DNA of 64,000 nucleotides from an uncultured Candidatus Rokubacteria bacterium. Lineage in GTDB: Bacteria; Methylomirabilota; Methylomirabilia; Rokubacteriales; CSP1-6. The stretch spans positions 32,001-96,000 of the forward strand of contig CAVYTA010000005.1 in the NCBI GenBank assembly GCA_963771355.1. Direction: 5' to 3'. Positions 43,103-53,939 of this stretch are shown piece by piece. Below the pieces are notes generated by a model. The model saw only the letters and a program-made list of their open reading frames with translations. It did not search any database and had not been told where the DNA came from. A program made the translations under genes and the position numbers. Positions within the stretch are counted from its first letter, which is position 1; each line of letters opens with the position of its first letter.

Positions 43103-44242
43103 TCAGCGGACGTCGCCGCTGCTGACCCCTTTCCCAGCCGTCCTCTCCGGGGCCAGCTGCCATAGTTCCAGACTGCCGAGCTGAGCGATGCCGAGGGTCG
43201 TACCATCCTGACTGATTGACAGCGCGGAGACCGCCGCCGTTACCGGCACTTCGGCCACCACCTCACCAGTGCGGGCGCTGACGAGAGCGACGCCGGACGG
43301 TTTCAAATAGATCAGGTAAAGCTTCTGCCGGGTGGGGTACAGGTACACATGATTCGTTCCGGGCGCGGCCCTGACCCGTGCCTCACGCAGGACTTCAAAA
43401 CGTTGTCGTTCGGGGAAGAGCGTCGAAACGATCAGTGGCGTCCGGCCCTGCCGATCGGTGGTCGTGTGGCTGAAGGTAGAAACCGAACCGTCTTCGGCAA
43501 AGGCAACAAGGCGATCGGATGACCCGAGCGAAAACGGCTTGAGGGTTGATTCCTGTAGGCGCGTGCCATTGAGATCCCAAAGAACGAGTTGCCCGTCGGT
43601 ACGCACGGACAAGATCTGCGTTCCATCGGTCGAGAAGGAAGCGGTATCGAGCATCCATGACGGCCGGCCGTGGAGACGCAGGGTGAGACGCTCTTGCAGG
43701 CGCTCCCGCAGGGTCGTGGTCGCCCACGAGCGCAGCTGGCCTCCCGCCGAGTTACACAGAAGGATCTGGTGGTCATTGTCCTGGGAGCTCAGCGCCAGCA
43801 ACAGTCGTTCGTCGAAAGAAAAAGCCAAGGGCCGATAGTAGCTGGACGACGCCGCGCAAACCTTGGGGTTGGACCCGTCAAGGTCGCCGATCTTCAGGGT
43901 CGATTCCCCCTTTTCCGTCTGGGCAAAAGCCAGCCGCTTCCCGGAGGGGCTGAGCTTCATATGGACGTAGTGCAGCGATCGTGCCGGCAAGGCATCGAGC
44001 TCGGCGCCGGAAACGTAGTCGATCGCCCGGAACCCTCCGGCTCTCCCGAGTTCCCCCAGAAAGGTATAGGCCACCACGTGCGCGTCCGGATGAATCGTCA
44101 AGTGATTCACCTGATGCTGGATCGGGATACTTTTCAGGTGCCGGACGGTGGGCCCAGTGGTTGTGCTAGCTGCTTCCCGCGCATGCCCATGGCCGGAGAA
44201 CAGGACCACGAGCAAGGCGCACAGCACCAGGAGTGGGTGCAT
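43103..44242 (-). CDS. secreted WD40/beta-propeller protein
   Basis: Repeats such as LSPSGKRLA, FSTDGTQIL...LWDL, ISQDGTTL...LWQL; signal peptide; visibly more AT-rich. Confidence 0.75.
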   Translation of the reverse strand: MHPLLVLCALLVVLFSGHGHAREAASTTTGPTVRHLKSIPIQHQVNHLTIHPDAHVVAYTFLGELGRAGGFRAIDYVSGAELDALPARSLHYVHMKLSPSGKRLAFAQTEKGESTLKIGDLDGSNPKVCAASSSYYRPLAFSFDERLLLALSSQDNDHQILLCNSAGGQLRSWATTTLRERLQERLTLRLHGRPSWMLDTASFSTDGTQILSVRTDGQLVLWDLNGTRLQESTLKPFSLGSSDRLVAFAEDGSVSTFSHTTTDRQGRTPLIVSTLFPERQRFEVLREARVRAAPGTNHVYLYPTRQKLYLIYLKPSGVALVSARTGEVVAEVPVTAAVSALSISQDGTTLGIAQLGSLELWQLAPERTAGKGVSSGDVR

Positions 44243-44328
44243 GGAGTAGGCGGCCTGATCTGGTCTTCGCCCGTCAGTCATCGCGCCGGTCCGGGCAGGA
44301 GCGCAGCCGTTACCGCGCACGGGTGGGC

Positions 44329-45102
44329 TCATCGCGGGGGCCCTTCAGGCTTCTCGCCGAGCGCGAGCAGCTCCATGCCGAGCCCGTAGCCCAGGAGGTC
44401 GTGCATCTGCCGGCGCAGCGCCTCGGTCAGCAGGAGCCGGGTGTAACGCAATAGCAGAGTCGGGCGGCGGGCAAGGTCCTCCGCGAGTGCCCAGGCCCGC
44501 GCCAGAAGCTGGTCGGGGGGCAGGACCTCGGCCACGAGGCCCAGCTCGAGCGCCTTCTGCGCGTCGAGCGTCTGGCCGGTCAAGAGGAAATAGCGGCCGC
44601 GGTTCATCCCCAAGAGCAGCGGGTAGACAATGTGCATACCATCGCCCGGCACCACGTCGGAGGGGAAGTGCGCCGAATCCTGGAATTGCGCGGTATCGGC
44701 GGCGAGCACGATGTCGCACAAGAGCGGAATCTCGGAATGGCGCCAGGCCGGCCCGTTGATCGCGCTGATCACCGGCACTTCGATTTCGAGGAGCTTCATC
44801 AACAGGTGGCGGCCCTCCCAGTGGATGCGGTCGATCCGTTCGATCGACGGACGGGTAGGGAAGGATGAGGTGCCGGGGTTCGCCCGCGGCCCGGAAAACT
44901 CGGCGCCGGTGCCGGTGATGATCACCACCCGGTTATCCGGGTCGGCGCCGACATCGTAGAACGCGCTGGGCAGCTCGCCGTGGGGCAGGAATCCCCAGCG
45001 CAGCGAGCCGCCATCGGTATGGAGCGTCATCTGCAGGATGCCGTGGCGCCGCTCCATGCGGATGGTCTGGTACTTGTTGGCGTAGTCTTCGAGCTTGCTC
45101 AT
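44329..45102 (-). CDS. crotonase superfamily, 6-oxocamphor/beta-diketone hydrolase-like
   Basis: IEVPVISAINGP, RHSEIP, FQDSAHFP...PGDGMH, GMNRGRYFLLTGQ. Confidence 0.8.
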   Translation of the reverse strand: MSKLEDYANKYQTIRMERRHGILQMTLHTDGGSLRWGFLPHGELPSAFYDVGADPDNRVVIITGTGAEFSGPRANPGTSSFPTRPSIERIDRIHWEGRHLLMKLLEIEVPVISAINGPAWRHSEIPLLCDIVLAADTAQFQDSAHFPSDVVPGDGMHIVYPLLLGMNRGRYFLLTGQTLDAQKALELGLVAEVLPPDQLLARAWALAEDLARRPTLLLRYTRLLLTEALRRQMHDLLGYGLGMELLALGEKPEGPPR

Positions 45103-45128
45103 CGGAGCCCTCCGGCAATGATGTCGAC

Positions 45129-45929
45129 TTACTGGGTGGCGCGTCGTTCAGCGACACAGGACTGGAGCGAGACGCCGAACGCTCCGCGAGGGTCCCATAG
45201 CCGCGCGCGTGTGAGTCCGATGCCGTGCGCTTCCACCACGGTGGCGGCGTCGAGGCACATCCACTCGCCCTCGGGCGCACGGTGGATGGCGACGGTGAGG
45301 TCCGCGTTCACGAACGTGTAGTGTGCCGGCTCGACCACGACCGCGATGCCGCTGGCCGAGTCCACCGCAATCATCAAGCGCTGGAGCGGCGAGACCGTCT
45401 CGCCCTCGACGAGCGCCACCCGCGGGCGCATCCACGCCGCCATGGGTCCCTTGCCCCACGTGCCGCTGGCGACGCGGATCTCCATCGCGGTGTGATAGCC
45501 GACGGGGTCGGGGAAAAAGCCGAACTGAAACGGCATCGCCCGCTCCACCGGCAATGGGCCGGGGTCGTCGTCGCCGAGCGCGGCCGGGAGCACGGCCGCC
45601 GTGCGCATCGCGACGGCCGCAGCCTGGACCAGCGGGGTCCCCTCGGCGGTGGTGAGCACGGCCTGCAGCCGCCGAACCTTCGCGCCGGCCCGAACCGTCT
45701 CGGCGCGCACCGCCAGCCGCGCAATGGGGACGGGACGCAGGAAGTCGAATGTCAATCGCGTGAGGAGGACACCGTCGCCGGCGAGCCGCTCCAGCTCGCG
45801 AGTCAGCAGCGCGGCGGGTGGCCCACCGTGCTGGTAGTCACGGCTCCACGGACCGCGCGTCGATTCGGTCGCGACGAAGCGATCGCCGTCGCGGACGAAG
45901 AACGCCGGCAGTGAATGAGCGGCGGACAC
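45129..45929 (-). CDS. TesB-like double hot-dog thioesterase family protein
   Basis: TRGPWS..QHGGPPAALL, DFLRPVP, DSASG, FVNADLTV. Confidence 0.85.
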   Translation of the reverse strand: MSAAHSLPAFFVRDGDRFVATESTRGPWSRDYQHGGPPAALLTRELERLAGDGVLLTRLTFDFLRPVPIARLAVRAETVRAGAKVRRLQAVLTTAEGTPLVQAAAVAMRTAAVLPAALGDDDPGPLPVERAMPFQFGFFPDPVGYHTAMEIRVASGTWGKGPMAAWMRPRVALVEGETVSPLQRLMIAVDSASGIAVVVEPAHYTFVNADLTVAIHRAPEGEWMCLDAATVVEAHGIGLTRARLWDPRGAFGVSLQSCVAERRATQ

Positions 45930-45988
45930 CCCCCGAGGATACCGTAACCGGCGTGGAGGAGGCCCCGGTACGCGAGGATCTGCCGCGG

Positions 45989-47221
45989 CTACGCGCGGCC
46001 CACGAGCGGGCCGAACCGGCGGACGAACTCGTCGGGTGAGAGGTTGCCGGCCTTCGCCAGCGCCGCTACCGTCTCGGGCTGCTCGAGGTCCTCGGCCTTG
46101 AGTCGCACCATGTAGGCGGCGAGCGTCTCGTACGCCTCGGATCCGACGTCCACGTACCGCACCCGGATTTTGCCCGTCTTGGCGTCGATCATCTGGTCGA
46201 AGGGCACCGGGACCAGCCGGCCGGCCTGGATCGTGACCATCGCACTGCTCCCGCCTTCGAGCAGGAACCGGGTCGCCCAGTACCCCAGGCTGCGGCAGTA
46301 CTGGATATCGTGGGCGCCGGGGGGCGCGCAGCGCAGCTCGTATCCCATGTCCTTGGCGGCGATCGTCACATCCAAGCCGCGGGCCTTCAGGCTGGCATTG
46401 ACCCGCTCCTTGAGCATCCCCCCCAGGTCCAGCTCGGCCAGACGCACGTTGCCATAGGTATCCCGTTCCACTCCACCCAGCGTGGCCGGATCGAGCCTCT
46501 CGGCCAGGCCCTCGGACAGGATGGCCACGCCGTGCTCGCGCCCGTGGGTCCGCCGCTTGATGATGGCCGCCTCCAGCACGTCGGCCACGCGGTCGAGGGT
46601 GATCTGCGGCTGGGTGAACTCCTCCGCGATCACCGTCAGGGTGGCGCCCGCCGCGCCGCCGATGCCGAGCGCGAGGTGCCCGGCGTGGCGGCCCATGACC
46701 GTCACGAAGAACCAGCGCTCGGTGGTGGCCGCATCCTGCATCAGGTTGCGAACCAGGTCCTTGCCGAGGTTGCACGCGGTGGCGAAGCCGAAGGTGACGA
46801 CGTCGCTCGGCAAGGGGAGATCGTTGTCGATGGTCTTGGGCACATGCGCCACCGTCAAGCCATCGAGGGCCCGAGCCAGTCGGGACGCGGCGAACGCCGT
46901 GTCGTCCCCGCCGATCGTGATCAGGTGATCGACGCTCAGTCGCTTGAGAGTCTCGGCCACCTTCGCGATGCCGTCCGGCGCCGTCGTCGGGTTTGTCCGC
47001 GACGTCCGGATGATGGAGCCGCCGTCGAAGTGGATGCGGGAGGTGTCGTTGATCCGAAGGGGAGTGACGTGCTCGGCATCGCCCCGAACAAGCCACTTGA
47101 AGCCGTCATAGCACCCGAGGACCTCCAGGCCTTGGTTGCGGGCCTCGATGGTGGCGGCCGCGATGACCGCGTTGATGCCGGGCGCCGGGCCGCCGCCGAC
47201 CAGGATGGCGAGCGTTTTCAT
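45989..47221 (-). CDS. pfp: pyrophosphate-dependent phosphofructokinase
   Basis: GGGPAPGIN, GGDD (PPi-type), PKTIDND, MGR, GYELR. Confidence 0.85.
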   Translation of the reverse strand: MKTLAILVGGGPAPGINAVIAAATIEARNQGLEVLGCYDGFKWLVRGDAEHVTPLRINDTSRIHFDGGSIIRTSRTNPTTAPDGIAKVAETLKRLSVDHLITIGGDDTAFAASRLARALDGLTVAHVPKTIDNDLPLPSDVVTFGFATACNLGKDLVRNLMQDAATTERWFFVTVMGRHAGHLALGIGGAAGATLTVIAEEFTQPQITLDRVADVLEAAIIKRRTHGREHGVAILSEGLAERLDPATLGGVERDTYGNVRLAELDLGGMLKERVNASLKARGLDVTIAAKDMGYELRCAPPGAHDIQYCRSLGYWATRFLLEGGSSAMVTIQAGRLVPVPFDQMIDAKTGKIRVRYVDVGSEAYETLAAYMVRLKAEDLEQPETVAALAKAGNLSPDEFVRRFGPLVGRA

Positions 47222-47329
47222 GGAAGTCCCGTACCCATCTTACGCGAGGCCATACGGCGGCGGCATCCTTCGTGTGAGAGCGGGGCACTTGACACCGCCC
47301 TCCCTCAGAGGTGGCGGCGAGCGTTCACG

Positions 47330-47510
47330 GCGTCTCCATGCTCTCCACCATGCCGTCGGCCAGTCCCGCGCGCACCTCCACCCGGCTGCCCTCCGGGGCA
47401 AACTTCAGGGCATATGACAGGAGGATCAGGAGCACTTGCTTGACCTTTCGTTCGTCGCCTCTAAATCCACCCAGCCGTCTATTCCTTGCCGGAGCGTGAT
47501 GCCCCGGCGG
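47330..47510 (-). pseudogene. HATPase fragment of a histidine kinase
   Basis: GDERKVKQVLLILLSYALKFAPEGSRVEV, homologous to the 22462-24867 kinase; no upstream domains. Confidence 0.65.
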
Positions 47511-47826
47511 CTCGCCCACTACCGTACAGAGTGACGGCGGCTTAGTGCGTCTGGCGCGGCGCGACCTGTGCACTGGTTTTTACTACCTTGCCGCGCGGAA
47601 TCGTTTGTGTCGCTTGCAGGGCGCACAGATTGATCAGTGATCACGCCAGGCCCGCAAGTGGTCTGCGGGCTCCCACGCGCTCGCCATCGGGAGAGGTATA
47701 TGCTGTGGACGAGATGCAGCCGGGCAGGTGTTTCGCGATCTCTGACAAGTACTCGAGGGCGTGCTTGAAGCTGTACTCGAGGTCCGGGAAGAGACGAGTC
47801 TCGTAGAGCTAGGATGTATCTGAGCG

Positions 47827-49212
47827 ATGCGACCTACAACGAAGTTTGCCAGGATCGGGAATGACCGGGTCGGATACCAGGTCCTAGGGAACGGCCCCAT
47901 CGACTTGGTCTTCCTCACCGGCATGTCTTCTCACATTGATCTTCGGTGGGAGGAACCTCTGAACGAGTACTTCCTCCACCGCCTGGCATCGTTCAGTCGT
48001 CTGATCCTCTTCGACCGGCGCGGGACCGGTGTCTCAGATCCAGTGCCGTTCGATCATCTTCCCACCTGGGAGGAGTGGGCCGACGACATGCGGGTCGTCC
48101 TCGACACCGTCGGTTCCGAGCGCTCGGCTATTATGGCCTGGCTAGATGGCGGACCGATGGCCATGCTGTTTGCCGCCACCTATCCCGAGCGGACGGCGGC
48201 CCTTGTTCTGGCTCACACCGCGGCGAAGTACGTGCGTGCCGAAGACTACCCTCAGGGTTTTGCCCCCGAGATGGCCGACCAGCTCCTCCACATGGTCGAG
48301 GAACTTTGGGGCACAGAAGGGTTCGTGTCAATTGCCGCACCGAGCCGCGGTCAGGACGAGAGCTTCCGGCAACGGTATGCGCGGTATTTGCGGGCGGCGG
48401 CGCGACCCCGTGAGGCCGCGGCACAGCTTCGCAATCTCCTCTCGGCCGACGTCCGGCATGTCTTGCCCCTCATTCGCTGTTCGACCCTCGTGCTCAACCG
48501 GAGCGGATACCCGCTTGTCACTCCGGACCATGCTCGCTACCTTGTCGAGCACATCCCGGACGCGAGACTCGTCGAACTGCCCGGGAAGGACGGGGTCCTT
48601 GTGACTGAGTGTGCCAGCGAGATCCTTGACAGTATCGAAGAGTTCCTAAGCCGTATCCGTGGCGCGTCCATGTCCGATCGTGTTCTTGCCACCGTGCTGT
48701 TCACCGATATCGTGAACTCGACCGACCAGGCCGCCTCCATGGGCGACCGTCGGTGGAAGGCAGTACTCGAGACTCATGACGAGATCACTCGAGACCAAGT
48801 CGCCCGGTTCCAGGGTCGGTTCATCGAATCTACCGGAGACGGAGTTCTGGCCACGTTCGATCGGCCGGGGCGCGCTATCCGGGCTGCCGCGGCGATCCAA
48901 GAATCGATCCGCGCTCTCGGGATCGACATCCGCGCCGGGTTGCATGCTGGGGAGATCGAGTTGCGCGAGGGTGGACATCGGGTCGGCGGTATCGCTGTGC
49001 ACATTGCCGCTCGGGTCTCGGCGCTCGCCGCACCGGGAGAGATTCTGGTTTCCAGCACGGTGAAGGACCTGGTGGCCGGCTCGGGGGTCGAGTTCAGGGA
49101 CCAGGGGGTGCATGACCTCAAGGGAGTACCGGGCACTTGGCGGCTTTTCACGGTCGACGGTACCCGGCCGGAGGCCCATCCTGAAGGGTGGCCACGTCAC
49201 GAGCAACGGTGA
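47827..49212 (+). CDS. alpha/beta-hydrolase + class III adenylate/guanylate cyclase (LipJ-like)
   Basis: FDRRGTGVSD; LFTDIVNST, TGDG, RAGLHAGE, AVHIAARV. Confidence 0.9.
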   Translation: MRPTTKFARIGNDRVGYQVLGNGPIDLVFLTGMSSHIDLRWEEPLNEYFLHRLASFSRLILFDRRGTGVSDPVPFDHLPTWEEWADDMRVVLDTVGSERSAIMAWLDGGPMAMLFAATYPERTAALVLAHTAAKYVRAEDYPQGFAPEMADQLLHMVEELWGTEGFVSIAAPSRGQDESFRQRYARYLRAAARPREAAAQLRNLLSADVRHVLPLIRCSTLVLNRSGYPLVTPDHARYLVEHIPDARLVELPGKDGVLVTECASEILDSIEEFLSRIRGASMSDRVLATVLFTDIVNSTDQAASMGDRRWKAVLETHDEITRDQVARFQGRFIESTGDGVLATFDRPGRAIRAAAAIQESIRALGIDIRAGLHAGEIELREGGHRVGGIAVHIAARVSALAAPGEILVSSTVKDLVAGSGVEFRDQGVHDLKGVPGTWRLFTVDGTRPEAHPEGWPRHEQR

Positions 49213-49368
49213 GCTGTAGGCGAGCTCATCGTAAGTCGAGGCTCCCGTCCGTCCATGACGATTCGTAACTGAGCCGGGTGCGCGGCGGCGAGTGTGCCGC
49301 GTGCTATAGTTCGACCCAGTCGTCGCGGCAGCGTTGCGCTATCAGCGGACTCATCCAGAGAACAGCCA

Positions 49369-51325
49369 ATGCGGGGCAACTCGGAAGACCAACTTGCCGC
49401 CGGCCGCGAGGCGCTCCAGCGTCACTCGTGGCGCGAAGCCTTCGAGCAGCTGCGCGGCGCCGACGCTGCGGAGCCTCTGCCGCCGGAGGATCTCGAGCTG
49501 CTGGCCGAGGCCGCGCAGTGGGTCGGCCGGCTCGACGACTGCATCGCGGTGCGGGACCGTGCTCACGCCGCGTATCTCGCCCAGGGCAATCGGCGACGTG
49601 CCGGCTTCATCGCCCTCCTGATGAGCCACGACTACTTCGCCAAGGGCCAGAGCTCGATGGGGAACGGGTGGATACGGCGGGCCGAGCGGCTCCTCGAGGC
49701 GGATCAGGACTCGATCGAGTACGGACATCTGCTGAGGGCGCGTGGCCTCCTCGCCAAGAACCATGACGAGGGCCTGGCGCATGCGCGTGCGGCGTACGAG
49801 CTGGCAACCCGCCTGGGAGACCGCGACCTGGCCGCCCTGGAGCTGCTAGGAGCAAGGACGGCTCCTGGTCGCCAAAGGCGAGGTCGCCGAGGGGCTGGCG
49901 CTCCTCGAGGACGCCGCCATGCACGCGGTCAGCGGCACCCTCGGACCCCTCGCCACCGGCGACATCTTCTGCAACGCCATCGATGTCTGCCGGAGACTGG
50001 CCGACTTCGGGCGCGCCAGCGAGTGGACCGACGCCGCGCGCCAGTGGTGCGACCGCCAGGGCATCCTCGGGTTCCCGGGCGTGTGCCGCGTGTACCGGGC
50101 CGGCATCCTGCGTCTCCGGGGCGCGCTGTTGGACGCCGCACGCGAGGCCACCGACGCCTGCGAGGAGCTGCGTCCGTACGCTGTGGGCGCGACCGCCGAG
50201 GCCTTCTACGAGCTCGGAGAGGTCCGTCTCAGATTGGGCGACCTCGCGGCGGCCGGGGAGGCGTTCAGGCAGGCGCACGAGCTGGGCCGCGACCCGCAGC
50301 CCGGCTTGGCACTTCTCCGCCTGGCGGAGGGCAAGGTGGAGGCCGCGCGCACGGCGATCAAGAGCGCCCTCGCCGACGAATCCCGGGATCGGCTCGCCCG
50401 GAGCCAGCTCCTGCCCACGCAAGTGGAAATCGCACTGGCCGCGGGCGACCTCGACGGCGCCCGCGCCGCGGCTGACGAGCTCGAGGCCATCGCTGCCGTG
50501 TACGCGACGCCCGCGCTGGGGGCGGCCGCGCACTGCATGCGCGGCCGGGTCCAGGTCGCGGCCGGCGACGAGGCGGGGGCGTTGCGGAGCCTTCGCGCGG
50601 GCTGTCGCCTGTGGCAGGAGCTGGATGCCCCGTACGAGATGGCGCAAGCGCGGATGACCCTGGCCACCGTGTACCGCGCTGCCGGCGATCTGGAGACTGC
50701 CGCCCTCGAGCTCGCAGCGGCCCGCTTGGCATTCGAGCGCCTGGGCGCCGTGCTCGACATCGCCCGCGCAGTGCAGGCGCAGGCCGGCGTGGCCCCAGCC
50801 CTCGCGGCTGAGCCCGAGCTGTCGCGGGCGGAGACCCGTACGTTCATGTTCACCGATATCGTGCGGTCGACCCAGCTGATCGAGGCCATCGGCGACGAGG
50901 CGTGGGCGGATCTTGTCCGCTGGCACGACCAGACCCTCCGCGCCCTCTTCACCACCGCCGGCGGCGAGGAAGTCGATCATGCCGGCGACGGTTTCTTTGT
51001 AGCTTTCGCGGCTGCCCGCTCCGCGATCGAGTGCGGCGTCGCCATTCAGCGAACGCTCCTCGATCACCGCCGGAAGGAGGGCTTCGCCCCGCAGGTGCGC
51101 ATCGGACTTCACGCGGCGCCGGCGCAGCGCCACGGTGCCGCGTACCGCGGGAAGGGCGTGCACGCGGCGGCGCGCATCGCGGCGCTCGCCGAGGCCGGCG
51201 AGATCCTGGCGAGCCGGGACACGGTCGACTCCGCCCTGCCGGGGATCACGCGTTCCGCCCCGCGGCTCGTGACGCTCAAGGGGCTCTCGGAGCCGCTGGA
51301 GGTCGTCACCCTCAGCTGGCGGTAG
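49369..51325 (+). CDS. TPR + class III cyclase domain protein, one frameshift near 49850
   Basis: TPR helices; FMFTDIVRST, AGDGF, RIGLH, VHAAARI; LELL/EQGRLL joined by one extra G. Confidence 0.8.
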
Positions 51326-51331
51326 CGCACA

Positions 51332-51434
51332 GCGCCTGGAGGTCCTGGAAAGGTCGGACGTTCTCGATCGCGATCACGGCTTGATCCGCAAGGGTCTCCA
51401 CCAGTCCGAGCTCCTTGTCGATGAAGGTCGAACC
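51332..51434 (-). pseudogene. GAF-domain end fragment
   Basis: FIDKELGLVETLADQAVIAIENVRPFQDLQA on the minus strand. Confidence 0.65.
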
Positions 51435-51471
51435 GCGGCAGGAACGTGCGAAGCTTCAGGGGAGCTCAGCC

Positions 51472-53076
51472 ATGGTCGCCTTCTACGACGTGATCGTCAT
51501 CGGGGCCGGCATCTCCGGCATGTACCAGCTCCACCGGTTGCGCGGGCTGGGCCTGCGCGTGCGCATTTTCGAGGCCGGCGACGGCGTCGGGGGCACGTGG
51601 TACTGGAACCGTTACCCGGGGGCCCGGTTCGACTCCGAGTCGTGGACCTACGGCTACTCGTTCTCGGACGAGATCCTGCGCGAGTGGGAGTGGAGCGAGC
51701 ACTTCGCGGCCCAGCCGGAGACGCTGCGCTACTGCAACTTCGTGGCCGACAAGCTGGACCTGCGCCGCGACATCGAGTTCGGCTGCCGGATCAAGGCCGC
51801 GGTCTACGACGAGCTCGGCGGGGAGTGGGAGATCGAGAGCGAGGACGGCCGGCGGGCGCGGGCCCGGTTCCTGATCACCGCCATCGGGCCGCTGTCGGCG
51901 CCGACCATGCCCACCATCCCGGGGGTCGAGAGCTTCCGCGGGGAGGCGTACCACACCGGCCGGTGGCCGCACGAGCCGGTCAGCTTCGTGGGCAAGCGCG
52001 TGGCGGTGATCGGCACCGGAGCGACCGCGGTGCAGGCGATCACCGAGATCGCCAAGACGGTGGGCCACCTGACGGTGTTCCAGCGCACGCCCAACTGGTG
52101 CGCGCCGCTCCACAACTCCAAGATCGACGCGGCCACCCAGGCGCGCATCAAGGCCACCTATCCGGAGATCTTCGCGGTCTGCCGCGAGTCGTTCGGCTGC
52201 TTCATCCACCAGGCCGACCCGCGCAATGCCCTCGAGGTGAGCCCCGAGGAGCGCGAGGCCTTTTTCGAGAAGCTCTACGGCGAGCCCGGCTTCGGCATCT
52301 GGATGGGCAATTTCCGGGACGTGCTGATCGACCACGAGGCCAATGCCACCATCACCGACTTCATGCGCCGGAAGATCCGCGCGCGCGTGAAGGACCCGGC
52401 CGTGGCGGAGAAGCTGATCCCCACCAATCACGGCTTCGGCACCCGCCGGGTGCCGCTCGAGAGCGGCTACTACGAGGTCTACAACCAGGGGAACGTGCGC
52501 CTCGTCGACATCCGGGAGACGCCGATCGAGCGGATCACCCCCGCCGGCGTGCAGACGAGCGACGCGGAGTACGCGGTGGACATGATCATCTACGCCACCG
52601 GCTTCGACGCCGTCACCGGAGCGTTCGACCGCATCGACGTCCGCGGGCGGGGCGGGCGGCGACTGCGGGAGAAGTGGGCGGAAGGCCCGCGCACCTACCT
52701 GGGGCTCCAGATCGAGGGCTTCCCGAATCTGTTCACGCTGGTCGGGCCCCACAACGCGGCGACCTTCTGCAACATCCCGCGCTGCATCGAGCAGAACGTG
52801 GATTGGGTGACCGCGCTCATCGCCTACATGCGCGACCAGGGCCACACCCGGGTGGAGCCGACGCTGGAGGCGGAGCGCGAGTGGACCCAGCATGTGCACG
52901 ACACCGGCCGCCGCATGCTCTTCACCCAGGTCGACTCGTGGATGATGGGCATCAACTCCAACGTGGCGGGCAAGCAGAAGCGCACCTTCATCGTCTACGC
53001 GGGCGGGGCGCCGAAGTACCGCGAGCGGTGCGACGAGGTCGCCGCCGCAGGCTACCGGGGCTTCGCGTTCGGGTAG
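51472..53076 (+). CDS. type I Baeyer-Villiger monooxygenase
   Basis: GAGISG, GGTWYWNRYPG, fingerprint FRGEAYHTGRWP, GTGATA, ATGF. Confidence 0.93.
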   Translation: MVAFYDVIVIGAGISGMYQLHRLRGLGLRVRIFEAGDGVGGTWYWNRYPGARFDSESWTYGYSFSDEILREWEWSEHFAAQPETLRYCNFVADKLDLRRDIEFGCRIKAAVYDELGGEWEIESEDGRRARARFLITAIGPLSAPTMPTIPGVESFRGEAYHTGRWPHEPVSFVGKRVAVIGTGATAVQAITEIAKTVGHLTVFQRTPNWCAPLHNSKIDAATQARIKATYPEIFAVCRESFGCFIHQADPRNALEVSPEEREAFFEKLYGEPGFGIWMGNFRDVLIDHEANATITDFMRRKIRARVKDPAVAEKLIPTNHGFGTRRVPLESGYYEVYNQGNVRLVDIRETPIERITPAGVQTSDAEYAVDMIIYATGFDAVTGAFDRIDVRGRGGRRLREKWAEGPRTYLGLQIEGFPNLFTLVGPHNAATFCNIPRCIEQNVDWVTALIAYMRDQGHTRVEPTLEAEREWTQHVHDTGRRMLFTQVDSWMMGINSNVAGKQKRTFIVYAGGAPKYRERCDEVAAAGYRGFAFG

Positions 53077-53108
53077 AAGCGGACCACTCAAGGAGGGCCG
53101 GGAGAGCC

Positions 53109-53900
53109 ATGATCAGCCAACGCTTCACACGCTGCTCCGCCAACGTCGCCGCAATCGGTCTCGCGTTTCTCCTGCCGAGCTTGACCGTCGCCCCCGTCGT
53201 CGGCGCGGCGGAGATCAAGGTCATGAGCACGGTGGCGATGACCGCCACGCTCGACGAGCTCAAGCCGAAATTCGAGGCGGCCACCGGCCACAAGGTCACG
53301 ATCGTCTACAGCGTCATCGCCGATCTGCGGAAGCGGATCCAGGAAGGCGAGACCGCGGACGTCATGATCCTGTCGCGGGCTGCGCTCGACGACCTCCAGG
53401 GCCAAGGCAAGGCCATGCCGGGCAGCATCGTCAATCTCGCGAGCTCCTACGTGGCCATCGGGGTGCGCGGCGGCGCCGCCAAGCCCGACATCGGATCGGC
53501 GGACGCGCTGAAGCGCACCCTCCTCGCCGCCAAGTCGATCGTCTATGCCGACCCGGTCAAGGGCGGCGCGAGTGGGGTCTATTTCGCGAAGGTCCTGGAC
53601 CGGCTCGGCATCACCGAGCAGATGAAGTCCAAGACGATCCTGGTACCGGGCGCCCAGGCCGCCGAGGTCGTCGCCAGGGGCGAAGCCGAGATGGGTGTCG
53701 CGCAGGCGTCGGAGATCGTTCCCATCGCCGGCGCGCAGCTGGTCGGCCCGCTGCCCGGAGACTTGAACAATGTAACCGTCTTCGCGGCCGGCATCGGACT
53801 CGCAAGCAAGGCTCCAGCGGCGGCCAAGGCGCTGGTCGAATATGTCACGGGGCCCGTGGGAGCGGGGGTGCTCAAGTCCAAGGGCCTGGATCCGGCCTAG
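53109..53900 (+). CDS. ModA-like (SBP_bac_11) substrate-binding protein, orphan
   Basis: Signal peptide; FEAATGHKV, KPDIGS, GASG, LVGPLP. Confidence 0.8.
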   Translation: MISQRFTRCSANVAAIGLAFLLPSLTVAPVVGAAEIKVMSTVAMTATLDELKPKFEAATGHKVTIVYSVIADLRKRIQEGETADVMILSRAALDDLQGQGKAMPGSIVNLASSYVAIGVRGGAAKPDIGSADALKRTLLAAKSIVYADPVKGGASGVYFAKVLDRLGITEQMKSKTILVPGAQAAEVVARGEAEMGVAQASEIVPIAGAQLVGPLPGDLNNVTVFAAGIGLASKAPAAAKALVEYVTGPVGAGVLKSKGLDPA

Positions 53901-53939
53901 GACCTAGCCGAACTCGGCGTCAACGATATTTGACAGCCA

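Noticed and set aside
51381..53108. 839-aa ORF apparently fusing a long region to the ModA-like SBP
   Set aside because: Off-frame shadow of the BVMO gene; Arg/Pro-rich junk typical of high-GC DNA
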